From positions 1,536,001 through 1,600,000 of the forward strand of contig CAXXMV010000008.1 of NCBI GenBank assembly GCA_963662285.2: a stretch of 64,000 bases of DNA, in the 5' to 3' direction. A program made the position numbers and the translations under genes. The stretch comes from a bacterium (GTDB lineage Bacteria > Hinthialibacterota > Hinthialibacteria > Hinthialibacterales > Hinthialibacteraceae). A model generated the notes under the pieces. That model was not told the DNA's origin. It ran no database searches and saw only the letters and a list, made by a program, of their open reading frames with translations. Positions 39,449 to 50,466 of this stretch are shown piece after piece (position 1 is the stretch's first letter; every line of letters begins with the position of its first letter).

Positions 39449-40095
39449 GTGAAAATACTCCTTTCAAAATAAAAAAACATAGTTATGGGAAATATAATTT
39501 CCCTTTAATCCCCAAAAAAAACAGATAGAGCATCTACTACTGAATACAACTACGTAATATAAGGTAAACGATTTATGAAAGGAAATGTAGGATTATATGC
39601 AAGCAGAGACATGCGCCGCCCTAAAATCACTTTATATGATTTTATCGTAAGCATATCTCCAAAGCATTCTCATTCCCAAACATGCTTCCCTTTTCATAAT
39701 AATCAAGGTAAACATCTTAAAACGCAAAAACCTCCCAGGTTTTCTCGTTTTCAATAGATTTATAAGTAAAAGCAAATAATACCCGTATAAATTCAAGATA
39801 TCAAATATTAACAGTTTAATACAATAAATCATAATTGGGGTAAATGTCAAGTGAAAATACCCTATTTTATCGGTCATAGGATTGATGGAAAAACGGATAA
39901 ATTTGACTCGAAACGTTATTTAAATAAAAATTTTTAACGAATGCCTTACATTAACGTTCCCGTAAGTATTAAAAAATACGTACTACGTACTTTTTTTCTA
40001 ATAACTCTCTAGTTCGCTATATGAAAAAAAAGCAAAAAATTAGCATTTTCGATGACCAAACGTGATAATAAAAGAATGTTTGTTTGATAATCGAC

Positions 40096-40641
40096 CTATA
40101 CGCTAGAGCGATTAATCTTGCCGTCGTATACGATATCGCCCTTACTGGTTAAACCGTTAGAGGATTGATAATAAAAGGGGGGATCAATCCCGTTAACAGC
40201 GCGGTCGGGTCCGAAACTTTGCAGCCAATAGCGGCTAACCTGCTGAACCATCTTATTCTTGCGGCTTACCATAATGACTTCACCCCAATAGACGAACGAT
40301 TCATCATAATAATTCTCGGGAGGCCGAATCCCTTTTTGAAAGGGGTCTTTAATAGAACTTGAAATATACGATGTAGGAGTGGTGAGGGGACGATACGCCG
40401 CAATACACGATATGCCCGATTCATATAGAGGGATGGGTGGATAGGCATTATGATCAAGACGATACAAGGTAATTGCAGTAGATATAGTCCGGAAATCCGC
40501 GCTGACGCGTGCGATTTTGGCTCGCACTTGCGCATGAAGGAAATTGGGCAAGGCAATTGCAGCGAGGATGCTTATAATCGCTACCACTACCAGTAGTTCA
40601 ATTAGAGTAAATGCTTTTTGGTTAATTCTCAGAGATATCAT
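40096..40641 (-). CDS. Type IV pilin/pseudopilin-like protein
   Basis: QKA|FTLIELLVVVAIISILAAIALPNFL, LTTPTSY, SFGPD and SNGLTSKGDI. Confidence 0.9.
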   Translation of the reverse strand: MISLRINQKAFTLIELLVVVAIISILAAIALPNFLHAQVRAKIARVSADFRTISTAITLYRLDHNAYPPIPLYESGISCIAAYRPLTTPTSYISSSIKDPFQKGIRPPENYYDESFVYWGEVIMVSRKNKMVQQVSRYWLQSFGPDRAVNGIDPPFYYQSSNGLTSKGDIVYDGKINRSSV

Positions 40642-41120
40642 TACTCCACTCCTACTTCATAAACTAATGAATCAAGGGATATTTTCAAATAATGGCGCTT
40701 TGAATAAATCCTGTTCTTTCAAAAAGTTATAAATGTAAGGATGCATCTTGATATGCTGGGGAGAATATAACAATAAAATTTTTTCGTCCATCAGGTGAAT
40801 AGATATAAATCTGCTCTGCTCCATATGTTTTCAGCTAGCGCTTACGATTGAATTAATTTTGTATTTTCCGCCCAATATGTAATCGTAAGTATTAAAAATG
40901 AATATTTCTGTAATCCAAATCATAAATAAAGTTTAAAAAACAATAATACTATTCGATTTCAATAATTATTGCATTTGTTTATTTAAAAAAAATGCTATTT
41001 CCACACAAAAATAAGTAACTAAATATTAAGTACTTACCTATGATTCAACCATTATAAAATATTCTTTCATAAATACTAAACATCTTAGATACCCCCCCCC
41101 AAAAATGCCCCAACGAATAA

Positions 41121-41136
41121 TGGCATTTTAATTGCG
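41121..41136 (+). promoter_or_regulatory. Sigma54 -24/-12 promoter
   Basis: TGGCATTTTAATTGCG has exact GG-N10-GC spacing, 90 bp before the porin ATG. Confidence 0.7.
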
Positions 41137-41226
41137 AAATCAGGGATTGAATAAAATATCTGCTATAGTGATTTATAAACAAATCATTATAAATAATAAA
41201 AGAAAGAAAAAGGGGATCAGAGATCT

Positions 41227-42030
41227 ATGTTTATTCGAAAAAACCTTAATCAATTGATTATCAAAGGATTTTTAGTCCTAAGCGCAGCCTTGTTGTTCAC
41301 CATTCCTACGCATGCAGTAGATATAGGCGGTGAAACAATCGGTATAACGGCTGATTTTACTTACGGCTCCAAATATATGTGGCATGGTTATGATATTTTA
41401 GATGACCATGCGGCTTTTCAACCAAGCCTTACATTTGATTACAAGGGATTTTTCGCTGGCGTATGGGGCTCGTGGGCTGAGTCATCCGGTTATGAAGATT
41501 TAACTGAAGTCGATCTGTTCGCCGGTTATGGAAGAAGTTTGTTTGCAGATGACTGGTATGCGCTGGACGCTGTATTTTCCTATACCTATTTCATTTATCC
41601 TAATATCAACAATGATGCAGATGCCCAGGAAGTGCTGCTGGGATTTTCCATGCCCAACCTGCTGCCTATCGGTGAATCGGCTCTGATTCCAAGTTACTCA
41701 ATTTATTATGATTGGGCTGGCGTGCAGAGCAGCGACAAGATCGACAATGGATGGTTTCAAGTTTGGGGATTAAGTTATAGCCTGCCGGTTCCCGCCCTGA
41801 TTCCAAGCCAGGAAGAACAAGCAATAGATCTATCTTGGGATATTACCTATAACGATGGCGTATTTGGTTCTGATTCCTGTTGGAGCCACTCAACTATTGG
41901 CGTATCAACCACTTTCGAATGGCGTAATCTTTATTTTACTCCAGCGGTAAACTACCAGTTTTCGTTTGATGACAGCGTCAACGACGAAGATGAATTGTAT
42001 GCGCTTCTAAGCGTAGGCATTGCTTTTTGA
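41227..42030 (+). CDS. Outer-membrane beta-barrel, TorF/Gcw_chp-like putative porin
   Basis: Signal peptide, SKYMWHG..AFQPSL..GVWGS..EVDLFAGY, alternating beta strands and a terminal Phe (SVGIAF). Confidence 0.75.
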   Translation: MFIRKNLNQLIIKGFLVLSAALLFTIPTHAVDIGGETIGITADFTYGSKYMWHGYDILDDHAAFQPSLTFDYKGFFAGVWGSWAESSGYEDLTEVDLFAGYGRSLFADDWYALDAVFSYTYFIYPNINNDADAQEVLLGFSMPNLLPIGESALIPSYSIYYDWAGVQSSDKIDNGWFQVWGLSYSLPVPALIPSQEEQAIDLSWDITYNDGVFGSDSCWSHSTIGVSTTFEWRNLYFTPAVNYQFSFDDSVNDEDELYALLSVGIAF

Positions 42031-42129
42031 TATAACTGATAAGTCGGCAAAAAGTGGTTAATCAAATTTTGATTCACTAAAACATAAGACATTAAATAGA
42101 AACGAAATAAAGATAACTGGAGATTTACT

Positions 42130-44199
42130 ATGAAGATTAAATCCATTCAGGTCAAAATCGCGTTTTGGGGTGGAATTTGCATTTTGAGTTCGATTGCTCT
42201 CGTAGCCATTTTTTCAATCATTACATTCCGGTCAGCTTCGATTACAGGAGCGCAGGAGCAAGCGACGGTTATCGCCAAAGTGGAAGCCTCCTCAATTCAG
42301 GCGGAAATTGAAAGCGCTCTAAATTCGGCGCGAACTCTGGCGACATCGTTAACCGTCCAAAAAATCAGTGAGCAGAATCCACTAACCCGTGAAACGGTTG
42401 ACGGAATGCTGCGTCTGGTAGCCGAGCAAAATCCCAGTTTTCTGGGAGTCTACACCCTGTGGGAACCCAATGCATTCGATGGAAAAGATAGCGAGTTCAT
42501 AGATAAACCCGGCCATGATAGTACCGGACGTTATATTCCCTACTGGTGCCGTGACGAAAAAGGAAACATTGGCGTCGATCCACTGGCCGACTACGAAGTA
42601 TCCGGTGCGGGAGACTATTATCAAATTCCCAAGAAATCGAAAAAAGCAGCTTTGCTTAATCCCTATCTGTATAATGTTCAAGGCAAAGACACTCTGCTGA
42701 CATCTCTGGTTGTTCCGATAATTCATGAGGGAGTTTTTTACGGCATCGCCGGAGTGGATATTGGATTAACTTTTCTACAATCACGCGCTGATCAATTGGA
42801 TATCTATAACAAAACCGGAAGATTGACGTTGATCGCCAATGACGGGACGCTGGCCGGCATCACCGGAAAACCGGAACTGGTCGGTAAAACCATGAAAGAT
42901 GTTGGCGATGGATTTGAGCAGAATCTCTCCAAAGTGCAACAAGGCGAAACAAGCGTTGAATTTGTAAATGGAAACCTGGAAGTTTTCATGCCTTTGAGAG
43001 TAGGCAAAACAACAACCCCCTGGTCGGTTGTGGTTCATATCCCAGAGGATATTATTACCGCCCAAGCCACAGCCATGATGTGGAAACAATTGGGTTTATG
43101 CATTGTCTTTCTTGGCGGTTCCTTGATTTTATTGTGGTTTATCGCGAAAAACATTGCAACACCAATAAAGAAAGCCGCACATTTTGCCCAGGTTGTCGCC
43201 AATGGAGATTTGACTCAACAGATTCACATTGATCAAGAAGACGAAGTGGGTCAGTTAGCAAAAGCATTGAATACGATGAGCCAGAATTTGAGCCATATCA
43301 TGTCGGGTATTCAATTGGCGGCCGAACAAGTCGCCGCCAGTTCAGAACAACTATCGGCTTCGTCGCAAAGTCTGTCGCAAGCGGCCACTGAACAAGCCAG
43401 CAACCTGGAAGAGACCTCAGCTTCCATTGAGGAACTGACCGCCTCGGTCGAACAGAATGCCAGCAATGCCGCTCAAGCAGATGGCGTGACGCGAACAGCA
43501 GCCAAAGAGGCCAATGAAGGTGGAAATGCTGTAACTGAAACAGTCGAAGCGATGAAGCAAATCGCTACTCAAATTTCAATCATCGACGATATCTCCGATC
43601 AAACCAACCTACTGGCATTAAACGCTGCCATTGAAGCGGCGCGCGCTGGTGAAATGGGTAAAGGCTTTGCCGTAGTGGCCGTTGAAGTTCGTAAATTAGC
43701 GGAACGAAGCCAGGAAGCTTCCAAAGAGATCAGTGAACTGGCTAAAAATAGCGTGATTCAGGCCGAAAACGCTGGTAAATTGATTCAAAAAGTTGTTCCT
43801 GCCATTCAAAACGCATCGGAATTGGTTCAGGAAATCTCATCCAGTTCCACCGAACAGTCGCATGGCGCCGAACAAATCCGTGCAGCTATTACCCAACTTG
43901 ATCAGGTTACCCAGCAAAACTCCGCCACCAGTGAAGAATCCGCTTCAGCCAGTGAAGAACTATCTGCTCAAGCGCAATCCCTGCAGGAAATGGTTAGCCA
44001 GTTCAAAATTAACTCATCAAATTCATCAAAACCTTCTATTAGAGGAATCAGAAAACCTACGCCAAAACCACGGGTTGCCCTACAACAACCACAACGGTCA
44101 CAACAATGGGAAAACCGCTTGCTGCCTGGTTATCAGTCGCAAAGAAATGATATTCATGCAGAATTCGATGATGATCATGAAAAATTTCGAGATTTCTAA
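42130..44199 (+). CDS. Methyl-accepting chemotaxis protein (dCache, HAMP, MA domain)
   Basis: Two TM helices, WEPNAFDG dCache, DEVGQLA HAMP and [27 protein letters not shown]. Confidence 0.95.
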   Translation: MKIKSIQVKIAFWGGICILSSIALVAIFSIITFRSASITGAQEQATVIAKVEASSIQAEIESALNSARTLATSLTVQKISEQNPLTRETVDGMLRLVAEQNPSFLGVYTLWEPNAFDGKDSEFIDKPGHDSTGRYIPYWCRDEKGNIGVDPLADYEVSGAGDYYQIPKKSKKAALLNPYLYNVQGKDTLLTSLVVPIIHEGVFYGIAGVDIGLTFLQSRADQLDIYNKTGRLTLIANDGTLAGITGKPELVGKTMKDVGDGFEQNLSKVQQGETSVEFVNGNLEVFMPLRVGKTTTPWSVVVHIPEDIITAQATAMMWKQLGLCIVFLGGSLILLWFIAKNIATPIKKAAHFAQVVANGDLTQQIHIDQEDEVGQLAKALNTMSQNLSHIMSGIQLAAEQVAASSEQLSASSQSLSQAATEQASNLEETSASIEELTASVEQNASNAAQADGVTRTAAKEANEGGNAVTETVEAMKQIATQISIIDDISDQTNLLALNAAIEAARAGEMGKGFAVVAVEVRKLAERSQEASKEISELAKNSVIQAENAGKLIQKVVPAIQNASELVQEISSSSTEQSHGAEQIRAAITQLDQVTQQNSATSEESASASEELSAQAQSLQEMVSQFKINSSNSSKPSIRGIRKPTPKPRVALQQPQRSQQWENRLLPGYQSQRNDIHAEFDDDHEKFRDF

Positions 44200-44236
44200 A
44201 GCGATTCACAATAAAATCTCTGCTTAGAATCATATC

Positions 44237-44282
44237 TAGCCTTCAAAAAGCCTATCTATACAGGCTTTTGAAGGCTATTTTT
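44237..44282 (+). terminator. Rho-independent terminator
   Basis: TAGCCTTCAAAAAGCCT..AGGCTTTTGAAGGCTA followed by TTTTT. Confidence 0.75.
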
Positions 44283-44376
44283 GTAAGATAATCTTTCTCA
44301 TACAAGTTCATGCATATTGAAAGCGCTATAATGAGGAATAAACTGATAGACAAGTATACCTAAGGAGCCTAGCGCA

Positions 44377-45366
44377 ATGAATTCAACAGACAATATCCTC
44401 ATCATCGGAGGAGCAGGTTACATCGGCAGCGTCGCGGTTGAGACACTTATTAATAGTGGATACCAGGTCATAGTATTTGATAATCTAGAAAAAGGTCACC
44501 GCGATGCGGTGCACCCATCAGCCCGGTTTATTGAAGGCGACCTGCGGGATGCAGCGGTGGTTGAATCAGTTTTTAGTTCTAACCAAATTCAAGCGGTAAT
44601 GCATTTCGGCGCCTACAGTCTAGTGGGCGAATCGATGATTGATCCGGACAAATATTTTTCAAATAACGTGGTTGGCGGCCATATTCTACTGAATGCAATG
44701 CGCGATCATGAAGTGGGACGTATTGTATTCTCCTCTACCGCCGCCACTTATGGCCAACCCAAAGAGTCTCCCATTAAAGAAGAGAGCCGCACCGAACCGA
44801 TCAATCCTTATGGACGCTCTAAACTGGCTTTTGAATTTATGCTTAAGAGTTATGAAGAAGCCTATGGCATCAAACACGCCGTGCTGCGTTATTTCAACGC
44901 CGCCGGGGCCAGTGAAGCGTTTGGCGAAGATCATGATCCCGAAACCCATATCATCCCTCTGACTCTGCAAGTGGCTTTAGGCCAAAGAGAGCATATCGGC
45001 ATCTTCGGGACGGATTTTGACACCCCCGACGGTTCCTGCGTACGCGACTATATTCATATCCGCGACCTGGCCGAAGCTCACCGCCTGGCTTTGGAATATA
45101 TCAGAGATCAATCCATAACCTGCAATCTGGGCAACGGGCTGGGCTTCTCGGTTCGTGAAGTTATAGAAACCTGCCGCGAAGTCTCCGGCCATCCCATTCC
45201 CGCCGTAGAGACGGATAGACGACCCGGCGATCCGGCGCATTTGACCGCATCAGCGGATAGAGCGCGAAAGAATCTTAAATGGGAACCTCAGATTCCTGAA
45301 TTGAAAGATATCGTTGAATCAGCATGGCAGTGGCATAAAAAGCATCCTAATGGATATAAAGCTTAA
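44377..45366 (+). CDS. galE: UDP-glucose 4-epimerase
   Basis: GGAGYIGS, FSSTAATYG, YGRSK, LRYFNAAG and DGSCVRDYIH. Confidence 0.95.
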   Translation: MNSTDNILIIGGAGYIGSVAVETLINSGYQVIVFDNLEKGHRDAVHPSARFIEGDLRDAAVVESVFSSNQIQAVMHFGAYSLVGESMIDPDKYFSNNVVGGHILLNAMRDHEVGRIVFSSTAATYGQPKESPIKEESRTEPINPYGRSKLAFEFMLKSYEEAYGIKHAVLRYFNAAGASEAFGEDHDPETHIIPLTLQVALGQREHIGIFGTDFDTPDGSCVRDYIHIRDLAEAHRLALEYIRDQSITCNLGNGLGFSVREVIETCREVSGHPIPAVETDRRPGDPAHLTASADRARKNLKWEPQIPELKDIVESAWQWHKKHPNGYKA

Positions 45367-45412
45367 GTAAAACTATTCCTTAAAAGAATACACGCAATCA
45401 AAAGTGATATCA

Positions 45413-45452
45413 TCAAGGGCTGACCGCATTGCGGTCTTGCCCTTGGCACCCA
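45413..45452 (-). repeat. Family-A hairpin between galE and galT
   Basis: TCAAGGGCT-GACCGCATTGCGGTC-TTGCCCTTGGCACCCA. Confidence 0.85.
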
Positions 45453-45490
45453 TATCCTGATGGATATAAGGCGTAAGGCGAACTGACATA

Positions 45491-46543
45491 ATGACCAACT
45501 TTCAATCCAGTGAGCATCCACACCGTAGATGGAATCCATTATTAGAAGAATGGGTATTGGTTTCACCTCATCGCGCCAAGCGCCCCTGGTCGGGCAAAGT
45601 TGAAGCAGTCCAGTCTCAAAACTTGCCGGAATTTGATGAAGAGTGCTATCTTTGTCCGGGCAACACCCGTGCAGGCGGTAAACAGAATCCTGATTACCAA
45701 TCGACCTTTGTGTTTGATAATGATTTCGCCGCTCTGCTGCCCGATTCTCCAGCGGCGCCGGAAATAACCAATTGCAACGGGATTATCCGCCAACAACCGG
45801 AAACCGGATTATGCCGGGTGATTTGCTTTTCTCCCAAACATAACCTGACTATGGCGCAGATGAGTCTGGCCGAAATTATCGGAGTGATTGATGTCTGGAG
45901 CAAACAGTTCACCGAAATTGGCGCTCGTGAAGATATCTCAAGCGTGACCATTTTTGAGAATCGCGGCGATATTATGGGGTGCAGCAATCCTCATCCCCAC
46001 GGCCAAATCTGGGCCAACCGATCGATACCCAATATTCAGTTACAAGAATTAAATACCCAGCAATCATATTTTATGCAACATAATTCACCCATGTTAATAG
46101 ATTATGTGGAATGGGAAATTGAGCAAAAGGTTCGCATTGTTATTGAGAACGATCATTTTGTCGCCCTGGTTCCACACTGGGCGGTGTGGCCCTTCGAGAC
46201 CATGATTTTACCGCGCCGCGCCATGCAGTCGATTACTGAATTAACCAATGAGGAAAAGAACTCATGGGCTGATATCATAAAACAATTATTGATCCGTTAC
46301 GATAACTTATTCGAGATATCGTTTCCCTATTCGATGGGAATGCACCAGAAACCGACTGATGGACAGGATCATCCAGGGCTGGTTTTTCATCAACACTTTT
46401 TCCCTCCCCTATTGCGCTCGGCGACCATCAAGAAATTCCAGGTGGGCTACGAAATGTCCGGCGAGCCGCAACGCGACATCACAGCCGAACAGGCAGCGGA
46501 ACGGCTGCGAGAATTACCTTCAGTGCATTACAAAAATCGATAG
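45491..46543 (+). CDS. galT: Galactose-1-phosphate uridylyltransferase
   Basis: HRRWNPL, CYLCPGN, FDNDF and catalytic MGCSNPHPHGQ. Confidence 0.96.
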   Translation: MTNFQSSEHPHRRWNPLLEEWVLVSPHRAKRPWSGKVEAVQSQNLPEFDEECYLCPGNTRAGGKQNPDYQSTFVFDNDFAALLPDSPAAPEITNCNGIIRQQPETGLCRVICFSPKHNLTMAQMSLAEIIGVIDVWSKQFTEIGAREDISSVTIFENRGDIMGCSNPHPHGQIWANRSIPNIQLQELNTQQSYFMQHNSPMLIDYVEWEIEQKVRIVIENDHFVALVPHWAVWPFETMILPRRAMQSITELTNEEKNSWADIIKQLLIRYDNLFEISFPYSMGMHQKPTDGQDHPGLVFHQHFFPPLLRSATIKKFQVGYEMSGEPQRDITAEQAAERLRELPSVHYKNR

Positions 46544-46594
46544 ATGAGGATGTCCAACTTCGAGTCGATGCGTCCGGCAAAGTTTACGAAAATA

Positions 46595-46628
46595 AAGAGG
46601 GTGCAGCAAGATTATACTGCACCCTCTT
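46595..46628. terminator. Terminator between convergent galT and glnK
   Basis: 12-bp stem AAGAGGGTGCAG..CTGCACCCTCTT. Confidence 0.8.
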
Positions 46629-46659
46629 AGTACGAAAGCATCCATTACTGGAGAATGGT

Positions 46660-47028
<369 letters not shown>

Positions 47029-47073
47029 CTATCGCCATATTTACTGACTGACAGAGGTTAAGTCGCTCAATGC

Positions 47074-48462
47074 TTATCGAGCCATGACGGTGAAGTCGGA
47101 GTAAGCCGACGCGGCGTGTTCGCCAAAGTCCAAGCCTTCCATCTCTTCCTGTTCGGTGACTCTTAAACCAATTGTTTTGTCGATTACTTTGAAGAGTATG
47201 TAGCATGTACCGAATGTCCAGACGAAGCATGCGCCGATTCCGATCAACTGAGCGAATACTTGAGTTAGTCCACCGCCAAAGAATAGACCGTTGACGCCGC
47301 CGAATGATTCTTGCGCGAACAGTCCGGCCGCCAATGTTCCCCAGGCGCCGCAGACGCCATGTACTGAAACCGCGCCCACTGGATCGTCTACGCCTATGTT
47401 TTCCCAGGCGATGACGGAGATAACAACGATGATGCCGGCGAGAAATCCAATGATGATTGATGAAATAGGACTAACGTTTGCGCAACCAGCCGTGATAGCA
47501 ACCAATCCGGCCAAAGCGCCGTTTAGCGTCATGCCTGCGTCAGGCTTCCCGAATTTGATCCAGGCGGTAAGTAATGCGCCGATCGCGCCTGCTGCTGCTG
47601 CCAGGTTTGTAGTGACTGCAATAATCGCCAGGTCGCCGCCAACAGTTGTTGTACTGCCCGGATTAAATCCAAACCAACCCAACCAAAGGATGAAAACGCC
47701 CAATGCTGCGATGGGGATGTTGTGTCCGGGAATAACTTGCGGCTTACCGCTGGATGAATACTTACCAAGACGTGGACCAAGAACAATGGCGCCAGCCAAA
47801 CCAGCCCAGCCGCCAACTGAGTGAACTACTGTCGAACCGGCGAAATCGATGAATCCAACATCCAGCACGCCTTCCAACCAACCTTCGCCAGCGAACAGGC
47901 TGCCCCATGCCCAGGAACCGAATATGGGATAGATCAATGCTGAAATCACCACTGAGTAGACCAGATAGGCGTGGAATTTTGTTCTTTCCGCAACCGCGCC
48001 GGATACGATGGTCGCCGCTGTAGCGGCGAACACAACCTGGAATATCCAAAAGGCGTAGGTCCAATAGTTATGTGAACCGTCTGCATTGAACATATATCCT
48101 GACAGGAAGAAACCATCAGTCCCGAACCACCCGGTAGTAGTGGTTCCAAACATGATGCCAAATCCAACCATAAAGAAGATTATTGATCCTATGCAGACAT
48201 CAAGAAGATTCTTCATGATAATATTTACTGCATTCTTGGCTCGTGTAAAACCGCATTCCACCATGGCGAAACCAGCCTGCATGAAGAAGACCAGAAATGC
48301 CGCAATACAAGTCCAGAGAATATTACCGTCATCCTGCGTGACGTATGTTGGGCCTTCCTGGGCGTCTTGAGCGAACGCCGTTACATCTAATCCGGCTGCT
48401 AAAATTAATACTGCTAATATCAGAATACTTATGCCCTTGCGGCTTTTAATAAAGGAATACAT
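47074..48462 (-). CDS. amtB: Ammonium transporter
   Basis: FFMQAGF, SGAVAER, DFAGSTVVHSVGG, GWFGFNPGS and DDPVGAVSVHG. Confidence 0.96.
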   Translation of the reverse strand: MYSFIKSRKGISILILAVLILAAGLDVTAFAQDAQEGPTYVTQDDGNILWTCIAAFLVFFMQAGFAMVECGFTRAKNAVNIIMKNLLDVCIGSIIFFMVGFGIMFGTTTTGWFGTDGFFLSGYMFNADGSHNYWTYAFWIFQVVFAATAATIVSGAVAERTKFHAYLVYSVVISALIYPIFGSWAWGSLFAGEGWLEGVLDVGFIDFAGSTVVHSVGGWAGLAGAIVLGPRLGKYSSSGKPQVIPGHNIPIAALGVFILWLGWFGFNPGSTTTVGGDLAIIAVTTNLAAAAGAIGALLTAWIKFGKPDAGMTLNGALAGLVAITAGCANVSPISSIIIGFLAGIIVVISVIAWENIGVDDPVGAVSVHGVCGAWGTLAAGLFAQESFGGVNGLFFGGGLTQVFAQLIGIGACFVWTFGTCYILFKVIDKTIGLRVTEQEEMEGLDFGEHAASAYSDFTVMAR

Positions 48463-48606
48463 AGGTGAAACTCCTTTCGCAACTTCGGCGGAAAAATCGG
48501 TTACGGTTACTTATGCGATTGCTGGATCAAACAAGAGTGCTCTTCTAACTCCCGGGAAAGCTTAGTAGAGAGCCTTGAATTGATTTCTAACTTTGTTTTC
48601 TTTAAG

Positions 48607-48622
48607 TGCAATCGCTATGCCA
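48607..48622 (-). promoter_or_regulatory. Sigma54 -24/-12 promoter of amtB-glnK
   Basis: Minus strand reads TGGCATAGCGATTGCA, with exact GG-N10-GC spacing. Confidence 0.85.
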
Positions 48623-48726
48623 AAAGGGATTGCACGCACAAAAACAATGCGTAACTGCAAGGAGTTTAATAGTTTGCGAATATTGATAGGTACTGGAATT
48701 ATGCAGTGTTTGAAAAATGAACTTTG

Positions 48727-48750
48727 TTGACTGTCTGAATAATCAGTCAA
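48727..48750. promoter_or_regulatory. Candidate enhancer (UAS) palindrome
   Basis: TTGACTG-N10-CAGTCAA, about 105-130 bp upstream of the -24 box. Confidence 0.45.
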
Positions 48751-48821
48751 ACTGTTCAGATCGAGGCAGGAAATATTGCTGTACAATTTTCGATATAAGC
48801 TATGTTGGAATTTAACAATTA

Positions 48822-49055
48822 CTACTCCCGATCACCAGTTTCATCATTGATATATTGGAATACCTCTTCAATGGAAACATTGAATATCCTGGAGATTTTG
48901 AAAGCCAGCGTAAGCGACGGCGAATAACGATCCGCTTCGATGGCGATGATGGTTTGCCGCGTAACTCCCGCCCTCTCAGCCAGCTGCTGCTGAGTCATCT
49001 CACCATTCTCAAAACGCAGCCGCCTGACCTGGTTCTGCAAGTTGTTACGCGACAT
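48822..49055 (-). CDS. XRE/Cro-C1 HTH transcriptional regulator
   Basis: MTQQQLAERAGVTRQTIIAIEADRYSPSLTLAFKI. Start moved to ATG 49055. Confidence 0.9.
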   Translation of the reverse strand: MSRNNLQNQVRRLRFENGEMTQQQLAERAGVTRQTIIAIEADRYSPSLTLAFKISRIFNVSIEEVFQYINDETGDRE

Positions 49056-49506
49056 GTGCTCCACCCATTCTCTCTTGAATCAAACAACTGATAACATGAA
49101 CCAACTGAAATAACACCACCCACCCGACGAATATCAACGGTATAACATTGACTGAAACCGAACCGTTCGACCCCACCATTCTCCATGCCACAAACCAAGC
49201 CGCCAGAAAATAAAACCAGCATACGCTGTGAGCCATAAAAATGGCGTTCTTGAATATAACCAGATCACGTTCATCCATCTGCACTGGCACATTCTTAAAT
49301 CTCTTCTTAAAAACAATAGGCGCAAACCACTGAAAAAAAGGAATCGACCACATAATACTGGTAGCGGCCAGCCATACCACAATCGAAAACAAAGTCTTCT
49401 CACACAATCCATCCCAATAAACCGCCGAAGCCACAACCGAACCTAAAACCAGTGCGCTGAGAATAACAATCATAGCTCCAATATAACTCTCATATTCCTT
49501 CTTCAT
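49045..49506 (-). CDS. Four-TM membrane protein with a DERD motif (DUF2178-like), coupled to the XRE gene
   Basis: Hydrophobic helices and MDERDLVI; GGAGG RBS; overlaps the HTH gene start. Confidence 0.7.
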   Translation of the reverse strand: MKKEYESYIGAMIVILSALVLGSVVASAVYWDGLCEKTLFSIVVWLAATSIMWSIPFFQWFAPIVFKKRFKNVPVQMDERDLVIFKNAIFMAHSVCWFYFLAAWFVAWRMVGSNGSVSVNVIPLIFVGWVVLFQLVHVISCLIQERMGGAHVA

Positions 49507-49557
49507 GATTGATGCCTCCAATACTGAATTTACTATCATTTCCAATTCAAAATATAT

Positions 49558-49598
49558 AGTAATGTATATTTTACATAATGTCTAGTATTTTTTACATT
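49558..49598. promoter_or_regulatory. Tandem ATGT..ACAT palindromes, probable XRE operator
   Basis: ATGTATATTTTACAT and AATGTCTAGTATTTTTTACATT lie about 55-90 bp upstream of the operon. Confidence 0.5.
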
Positions 49599-49836
49599 TT
49601 ATTTTGGGGGAATTGTATGAGGGATTTGGTGGTAGATTTGAAAAAAATCATGAATTTGAATGTAATTATGAGTAGGGATTAGTTTGATTGGATAAACAAA
49701 TGATAAATTCATATTTTCTGGATTTTTATTATTACTTTGCTTTTTATGTCGGATTGACGCTAAGTAAATCGCTCCACACTTCATCGAAAAGAAACTGGAT
49801 CAAGACGGATTTTTCATTTATCGGTATTGCTGCAAT

Positions 49837-50466
49837 TTATTCATAACTAATTTTACACATCTTTTGAATATCATCTTTAATATTATCCATGTACATAAAA
49901 GGTAAAGAATAATATCCCAATATTCGCTTCTTACTTGAAGATGTCTTCCGTTTAAACATATGCTCATCAAACAAAAACTTATCTGTATAAGGCTCGCATA
50001 CAGATAAGTCTAATATTTCAGCACTTCTTTTCATTTTTTGATCATAAGAATGCAACTCATGAGCCCCAATATCCAAAGCAGTAGCTATATGAATTGCGTC
50101 GGCAGGTTTTAGTGTTGGGATTTCTTTGTTTTTTAATGTTTTTCTTAATACATCTCTTGCTTTAATGGTAATAAATTGGTGAACATCAACTAACTTTATC
50201 GGGCTTGATAACGGATTCCAGAGACTATTGATTTTATCTAAACTTTCATCGGTTAATTTTACTTTGTCGACACTCAAGTATGCGACCTCGGTCATACTAA
50301 AGACTGAAGTATAAATCTCTATGCGTCCGTTTTCTGCCTCCTCTAATAATGTGGCAATTATTGGTGCTCTTTCAGAATAACATTCTTCTTCATCATCAAG
50401 TAAAGAGACAAATACATTTGAATCCCAATAAAATCGAGGAATATTATTATTGCTTTTTTTAGGCAT
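49837..50466 (-). CDS. PIN-domain (VapC-like) ribonuclease
   Basis: FYWDSNVF, TSVFSMTEV, PADAIHIATA and HSYD: all four acidic residues are present. Confidence 0.88.
   Translation of the reverse strand: MPKKSNNNIPRFYWDSNVFVSLLDDEEECYSERAPIIATLLEEAENGRIEIYTSVFSMTEVAYLSVDKVKLTDESLDKINSLWNPLSSPIKLVDVHQFITIKARDVLRKTLKNKEIPTLKPADAIHIATALDIGAHELHSYDQKMKRSAEILDLSVCEPYTDKFLFDEHMFKRKTSSSKKRILGYYSLPFMYMDNIKDDIQKMCKISYE

Noticed and set aside
39575-39877. Short ORFs in AT-rich intergenic DNA (also 7020-7310, 48562-48786, 49599-49784, 51314-51595)
   Set aside because: No convincing RBS or motifs; the composition is typical of chance ORFs in promoter regions.
48463-48600. Riboswitch in the long amtB leader
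   Set aside because: I could not recognise any known aptamer consensus or expression platform by eye; an Rfam scan would settle it.
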